A stretch of 64,000 nt of DNA from a virus (lineage: Duplodnaviria; Heunggongvirae; Uroviricota; Caudoviricetes). The position numbers and the translations under genes are program-made. Below are positions 59,032 to 64,000 of the stretch, piece by piece. The stretch is taken from the IMG/VR virus record IMGVR_UViG_3300021431_002946, positions 32,001-96,000 of that record. The stretch is one strand, 5' to 3'. Under the pieces are notes generated by a model. The model was not told the DNA's origin. It saw nothing but the letters and a program-made list of their open reading frames with translations, and ran no database searches. Every line of letters starts with the position of its first letter. Position 1 is the stretch's first letter.

Positions 59032-60410
59032 AGAAAACCAATGAACTTTAGTTCATTGGATGAATTGTGATGTTAAATCTATAGAAAGGAGAATAAGATG
59101 TCAACTTACGCAGTACAAAGTAATGTCATTCGAGGATTATCCAAAAAGCAATATAATCTACTTAAAGAAATGTGTCGATATTCTAATAGTCTGTATAATG
59201 TCACTCTTTATAATATCAGGCAGCATTATTTTAATACAAAGATGTTCCTGACTTACGAGAGTAATTATCACGAATGTAAGACTAATGAAAATTACAAGTT
59301 ATTGCAAGCAGGTGTGGCTCAACAAACTATGAAAGTTGTTGACCGCAGTTTCAAATCATTCTTCAATTTGCTGAAAAAGTGTAAAGTCGGTGATTACCGC
59401 TACCACGATGTAAAGATACCACATTATAGAAAATCGGGGGGGATTATTCAATTTAGTGCTTTCTACTAATGCGATTATTATTCGTGGTGATTATCTGATG
59501 CTCCCTATGAGTAGAGAGTTTAGGGCATTACATCCTGAAGTTAAAGAGATTGCAATACCATTTCCTAAAAGGCTTTCAGATAAAACTATTAAAGAAGTTC
59601 GCATCTTGCCTTGCGGTAATGGTAGAGTATTCAAAATTCAGTATGTGTATGAAGTAACCGAAGAACCGATAAATCTGAATAAGGACAATGTAATTTCAAT
59701 TGACCTCGGAATAGATAATTTAGCAACTTGCGTTTCCACCATTGGGACATCATTCATAATGGATGGTCGTAAAATTAAATCAATCAATCACCAGTGGAAT
59801 AAAGAGATGTCAAGGCTTCGCTCAATTGCTATGAAACAGAATTTGAAAACTACTAATCGTATTCAGAGAATTACTGCTAAACGCAATAATCAGGTAAATG
59901 ACTGTATTAAAAAGACTGCACGATATATCATTGACTATTGTATAGAAAATGATATAGGTTCACTTGTCGTTGGATATAATGCTGACTTCAAAAGAAATTC
60001 TAACATCGGCAAAGTAAACAATCAGAATTTTGTTCAGATACCTCTCGGAGATTTGAGAAATCAGTTGAGTTTTCTTTGTTGGAAGTATGGTATTGACTAC
60101 ATCGAACAAGAAGAAGCATATACATCTAAAAGCAGTTTCCTTGACAAAGATGTATTGCCTGAATACAAGCCTGAACAACCATATACAGGTAAGTTTAGTG
60201 GTAAGAGAATACATCGAGGTCTGTATTGTTCTGCTAATGGTACAATCATTAATGCAGATGTAAATGGTGCAGCAAACATAATGAGAAAATGTAAGCAGAA
60301 TGTCGATTTCGACAAACTGTGTCTAGGGCTTTTGGTGAGTCCCGCAAGAATAAGGCTCTCGTAGCAAACTTCTTGCGAATCCCATTGGCTTTAGCCGATG
60401 GGTACGTCAA
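59032..60410 (+). mobile_element. IS200/IS605-family (IS1341-like, tnpB-only) element
   Basis: Left hairpin CCAATGAAC-TTTA-GTTCATTGG after TTGAC; right hairpin CCCATTGGC-TTTA-GCCGATGGG ending in TCAA; visibly higher GC; no tnpA. Confidence 0.85.
59098..60364 (+). pseudogene. tnpB: RNA-guided endonuclease TnpB, frameshifted
   Basis: RuvC motifs IDLG, EEAYTSK, NADVNGAANI; split by a G7 run at 59436-59442 (G6 restores KSGGLFNLVLSTN). Confidence 0.85.
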
Positions 60411-60426
60411 AAAGTAGATTCATAAA

Positions 60427-60528
60427 ATGGTATTTTTTGAAGAAGAAAATAACGTTAGAGATACTTATTGTGATCTTTTTAGTTGTGATTTTTGTAGAAA
60501 TGACAATATCCTTAAAAGAGGTAAAAAT
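60427..60528 (+). CDS. RiPP precursor-like unit 2b (reads in frame into 2c)
   Basis: MVFFEEENNVRDTYCDLFSCDFCRND..; no stop before the 2c ATG; weak SD. Confidence 0.5.
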
Positions 60529-60639
60529 ATGAAATTTTTTAATGAAGAAATTAAGCCAATAAATAATAATTGCTGGACAAATTGTGATGATTGCGAAAAT
60601 TGTGACGGTTGTATAAGTTGTGATTATTTACCTGAATAA
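60529..60639 (+). CDS. RiPP precursor peptide 2c (36 aa)
   Basis: AGAGG SD; MKFFNEEIKPINNNCWTNCDDCENCDGCISCDYLPE. Confidence 0.85.
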   Translation: MKFFNEEIKPINNNCWTNCDDCENCDGCISCDYLPE

Positions 60640-60669
60640 TTTTAATATTAAAAAGAAGGTGCATAAAAT

Positions 60670-60834
60670 ATGAAATTTTTTGATAATGAGCAGTTTAGTT
60701 TAGGATTTAGTGCTTGCGATAATGTTTGTGACAATGATTGTCAAGGTCCTACTTGTGATAATTGTGATAATGATACTACTGGTGGTGGCTGCGATAATAT
60801 AGGTTGTGATTTTTGTGACTCAGTAAATTATTAA
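60670..60834 (+). CDS. RiPP precursor peptide 2d (54 aa)
   Basis: GAAGG SD; MKFFDNEQFSLGFSACDNVCDNDCQGPTCDNCDNDTTGGGCDNIGCDFCDSVNY. Confidence 0.85.
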   Translation: MKFFDNEQFSLGFSACDNVCDNDCQGPTCDNCDNDTTGGGCDNIGCDFCDSVNY

Positions 60835-60937
60835 AGGCTATTTAATAATAATAGGCCGATTTAAAAAAAAATATTTACAATGGCTAGCTTAAGAAGCTGG
60901 CCATTTTTATTATTCTAAATGGAGGAGGAAAAATTTA

Positions 60938-61615
60938 ATGAAGATACAATTCAAAAAAGATGATGATGATCATCACGCCGGGTTAAATTATTCTAAGCAT
61001 CCTCCATTTGTTAAACATACATGTAGTAATTGTAATAAAACAGTTACTAGAATGTTTAAAAAATATGATGATTGGGAATTTAATTATTCGACGCTAATAA
61101 ATTCTAGAAAAGAATTTTTTAATAAAGTAGAATTGTGTCCTGAATGTGGTTATGTAATGTTGTTTAATAATACTGAAGTTTCAAAACAAACTAAGAAATA
61201 TATTAAAACAAACAAAGTATATTTAAGCACATTAAAGGCAAAAGGTTATGAACCTGGTTTTAAGAAATGGCTTTTATTTGCATATTTATCAGAATATAAT
61301 TGTAATTATACTGAGGCTGGAATTGCATATACAAAAGCATATGATTTTTTGGAATTTAATAATTTACCATTAGATCCAATTTTATTAACATTTGCATCAG
61401 ATTGTTTTCTTGCAGCAGTTAAAAATCATTCTACATATATTGATGCATTATTAGCTGTAGATGCAATGAGAAGAGCTGGAAAATTTGATCTAGCATTAGA
61501 AACATTAAGTTCTATGAAAAATATATATAAAAAAGATAAAATTGATCTTTTAATAGAAAAAGAAAAAGTTTGGATAACTGCAAAAAGTAAACATAAATAT
61601 AATTTAGATATATAA
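60938..61615 (+). CDS. DUF2225-like zinc-ribbon/helical protein
   Basis: CSNC..CPECGY; RRAGKFDLA. Confidence 0.6.
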   Translation: MKIQFKKDDDDHHAGLNYSKHPPFVKHTCSNCNKTVTRMFKKYDDWEFNYSTLINSRKEFFNKVELCPECGYVMLFNNTEVSKQTKKYIKTNKVYLSTLKAKGYEPGFKKWLLFAYLSEYNCNYTEAGIAYTKAYDFLEFNNLPLDPILLTFASDCFLAAVKNHSTYIDALLAVDAMRRAGKFDLALETLSSMKNIYKKDKIDLLIEKEKVWITAKSKHKYNLDI

Positions 61616-61626
61616 GGAAGTAAATT

Positions 61627-62076
61627 ATGGGTTTTAAAGAACAACTTGAACAAGTAACTCAAAAACAAACAAAAATAATAAATGATTTAACAAATGATAT
61701 TAATTCAATATTATCTGAAACTTGGTTTACTAAATATATTGTTAAACAAGTAGAATATAGAAATCTTAACTCTCAATCTGATACTTTTAAAGTATATTTT
61801 ACAATTGATAGAGAAAATATAAATAAGCCTATAATATATAGATTAAGTTTACATGCAGATAATGAATTAGCAAGTGCGAATAAAACAGGCGAAGTAATTT
61901 GGTCTACATTACAAGAAATAAATAAAATTGCAATGACTCAAATACTTGAAAAAATAATTTATAATAAAATAAACTCATTTAAAGATGTTGAAAATGTTTA
62001 TATTGTAGAATTTAAATTAGAAAGTCCATATTATAAACCAATTTTCATGATTGAATTCAAAAATCCTTTAAAATAA
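61627..62076 (+). CDS. hypothetical protein
   Basis: AAGGA SD. Confidence 0.65.
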   Translation: MGFKEQLEQVTQKQTKIINDLTNDINSILSETWFTKYIVKQVEYRNLNSQSDTFKVYFTIDRENINKPIIYRLSLHADNELASANKTGEVIWSTLQEINKIAMTQILEKIIYNKINSFKDVENVYIVEFKLESPYYKPIFMIEFKNPLK

Positions 62077-62105
62077 ACCTCTGTTTCTTACAGAGGTTAT
62101 TTTTT
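62076..62105 (+). terminator. intrinsic terminator
   Basis: AACCTCTG..CAGAGGTT + T tract. Confidence 0.7.
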
Positions 62106-62309
62106 GTAAATAATTTGTAATTTAATTGAAATCCTATAGTAATTTTTTAAATATGTACAGCTATTATAAAGAGTGTTATAATACACTAAAAAAATATAAT
62201 ATAGGAGGATAATATATTATATAATAATTTTTTTAAAATAAGTTATGTAGCTCAATTTAAAGAATATATTATATTTTTTGGTTTTATAATTAATGGAGAT
62301 CCAGACATA

Positions 62310-62489
62310 ATGGGTAAACAAGATTGGATGAAAGATTTTATAGAAATAAATTCTATTAAAGATCTTAATGATGCATTTGATTATATGTTAATGAGTTTAG
62401 AAGATAAAAAGTTATTAAATTTTATGGATAATGCAGATTACATAAAAATAATTAAAGAATTAAAAGAAAAAATAAATCAATACAAATAA
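62310..62489 (+). CDS. small hypothetical protein (59 aa)
   Basis: GGAG upstream; MGKQDWMKDF.. Confidence 0.45.
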   Translation: MGKQDWMKDFIEINSIKDLNDAFDYMLMSLEDKKLLNFMDNADYIKIIKELKEKINQYK

Positions 62490-62603
62490 TATTAAATAAA
62501 AAAATTTAATTTTTAGAATGCTTCAACAATATATAGTTGGAGCATTTTATATTTAAAAAGCTATTTAATATATATAAATATATAACAGTAAGGAGGTGAA
62601 CAG

Positions 62604-63254
62604 ATGAAATGTGCTGTATGTGGAACGAACAGCGGAAATTTTGTTGTTTGTTATAAGCATAGAAATACAAAATATAAAAGCACATGTCCTATACATGGAA
62701 AAACAATATTTATAGGACGACAATGTCAAAAATGTAAAGATTTAAAAATGCCTCTATATGTTATAAAAAATGGAAAAGATCGACTTGGTAAAAAAATTGG
62801 TGTACGTCATTTTTTATATCCATATTTAGATAGATTAACTAAATTAGATAAAAAATATCAAGTCAAATATCAAAAAAGAATATCTAGTGTAAGTGGAATA
62901 TACGGAATATTTGCTGGAAATATATGTTTATATGTTGGTCAAAGTAATAATATAAAAAAACGAATAGAGCAGCATAAGAAAAATTTTAAGATTGCACAAT
63001 ATCAAATGAGAGGTATTAGAATTCATAAAAAGAGAATTAGTTTAAATAAAATACCTCGAAAAGTTGAATATAAATATTATGAAATGGCGAGTAATTATAA
63101 ATTAAGTGATCTAACTTATAAAACATTATTTGCAATTCCACAAATAGAAGATACTTATAAATTTAATGAATTATTAACTTATGCTGAACAAGCTATGATG
63201 ATTGCGTATAAACCAAAATATAATCATATAGCAGCAAGACCGAGCGAAAAATAA
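62604..63254 (+). CDS. GIY-YIG nuclease with N-terminal Cys/His motifs
   Basis: SGIY..YVGQS.NIKKRIEQH..EQ..PKYN. Confidence 0.85.
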   Translation: MKCAVCGTNSGNFVVCYKHRNTKYKSTCPIHGKTIFIGRQCQKCKDLKMPLYVIKNGKDRLGKKIGVRHFLYPYLDRLTKLDKKYQVKYQKRISSVSGIYGIFAGNICLYVGQSNNIKKRIEQHKKNFKIAQYQMRGIRIHKKRISLNKIPRKVEYKYYEMASNYKLSDLTYKTLFAIPQIEDTYKFNELLTYAEQAMMIAYKPKYNHIAARPSEK

Positions 63255-63255
63255 T

Positions 63256-63624
63256 ATGGAAAGAATTTGTTTTTTAAATAAAGTAGAGATAAGTAGAATA
63301 ATATTTGATATTATTCGACAAGAACTTAATATAGAAGATCGAGTTATAGAAAATAATCCATATAATGAGATAAGAAGTAAATGTATATTACTTAATACAA
63401 ATGGAAATAATCAATTATATCTTGTATCAACTATATATGATGGTTCATTACATTTTACATTAGATGTTTATAGAAGAGGTAAACGTATTAGACGTAGTAA
63501 TATGTTTGGTAATGCTGGAAATGTAAGTTATACATTTACTAGACAAACTAAAGAAGATTTTGAAAAAGATTGTATTAGTGAATTTTGGAGAGCGTATAAT
63601 AATTTACCTAGGCATTATAAATAA
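63256..63624 (+). CDS. hypothetical protein
   Basis: Operonic ORF. Confidence 0.6.
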   Translation: MERICFLNKVEISRIIFDIIRQELNIEDRVIENNPYNEIRSKCILLNTNGNNQLYLVSTIYDGSLHFTLDVYRRGKRIRRSNMFGNAGNVSYTFTRQTKEDFEKDCISEFWRAYNNLPRHYK

Positions 63625-63639
63625 AAAGGAGAATTTTAA

Positions 63640-63831
63640 ATGATTGACGACGAAACAGCAGTTCAATATGCAAAAGAATTATCTAATTTCTGCGGCAATC
63701 AATTTTGTCCAGACTGTGTTTTTAATAAAAATAGTAAATGTATGATAGGCGATATAGGAGTTACTCCGATGTGTTGGGCTATAAATAAAAAAGAAAATAA
63801 AGAAGAAAATAACGAAGACAATATTGAATAA
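63640..63831 (+). CDS. small Cys-rich protein (paralog of 30317)
   Basis: YAKELSNFC..CPDCVF..CM. Confidence 0.6.
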   Translation: MIDDETAVQYAKELSNFCGNQFCPDCVFNKNSKCMIGDIGVTPMCWAINKKENKEENNEDNIE

Positions 63832-63897
63832 AAGTCTATTTAATTATAATAGAATGGAAGTGTATAATACCTAAGTCAATTCGGCTTAGGTATTTTT
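63829..63897 (+). promoter_or_regulatory. promoter + stem-loop cassette
   Basis: AAAAGTCTATTTAATTATAATAG..GGAAGTGTAT-AATACCTAAGTC/GGCTTAGGTATT. Confidence 0.75.
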
Positions 63898-64000
63898 ATT
63901 TATATAGGAGGTAGAATGATAAAATGATTTGTCCAAAATGTGAGCATAATTTAATTGAGTTAAGTTCAACTATTGATACAAATACAAAAATGTATAGTGG

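Noticed and set aside
59098-60364. TnpB as a Cas12-like effector for the arrays, or as partner of the sigma factor
   Set aside because: It is bounded by IS ends, lies 52 kb away and differs in GC; repeats are type I-E-like, not type V
494-61668. Minus-strand and off-frame ORFs overlapping long genes (494, 1402, 1986, 2936, 5166, 12723, 14040, 16657, 20677, 21913, 23585, 24143, 27729, 33881, 33991, 54231, 59060, 59960, 60097, 61426 etc.)
   Set aside because: Shadow ORFs of AT-rich coding DNA, with F/I/L/S-biased composition and no SD
62076-62105. CAGAGGTTATTT resembling the repeat 3' end
   Set aside because: Part of an ordinary terminator hairpin with different pairing
1-64000. Stop-codon reassignment; tRNA, rRNA, cas or virion genes
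   Set aside because: Standard code gives dense, SD-linked gene packing; no such genes recognisable by eye (tRNAscan not run)

Overview
Very AT-rich, densely packed, mostly + strand window. It looks like the accessory region of a large (jumbo-type) phage, or a similar mobile element, of a low-GC Firmicutes host: AAGGAG Shine-Dalgarno sites, standard genetic code, and no housekeeping, virion or cas genes. Most ORFs are short hypothetical proteins falling into shuffled paralog families. Recognisable genes include an RpoD-like sigma factor, two FtsK-like ATPases, an ABC exporter, a serpin, DUF5131, SprT-like, GNAT, GIY-YIG and a frameshifted IS200/IS605-type tnpB element. Main finds that the ORF track misses or mislabels: (1) two radical SAM/SPASM RiPP-like loci, each followed by several tiny Cys/Asp-rich precursor genes with a locus-specific leader and C-X3-D motifs, plus an orphan precursor homologue; (2) cas-less type I-E-like CRISPR arrays, a mini-array and solitary repeats interleaved with the sigma factor, FtsK-like and rSAM genes; (3) a promoter + stem-loop + SD cassette repeated at least 8 times. 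All annotations come from motif recognition by eye; no database searches were run.
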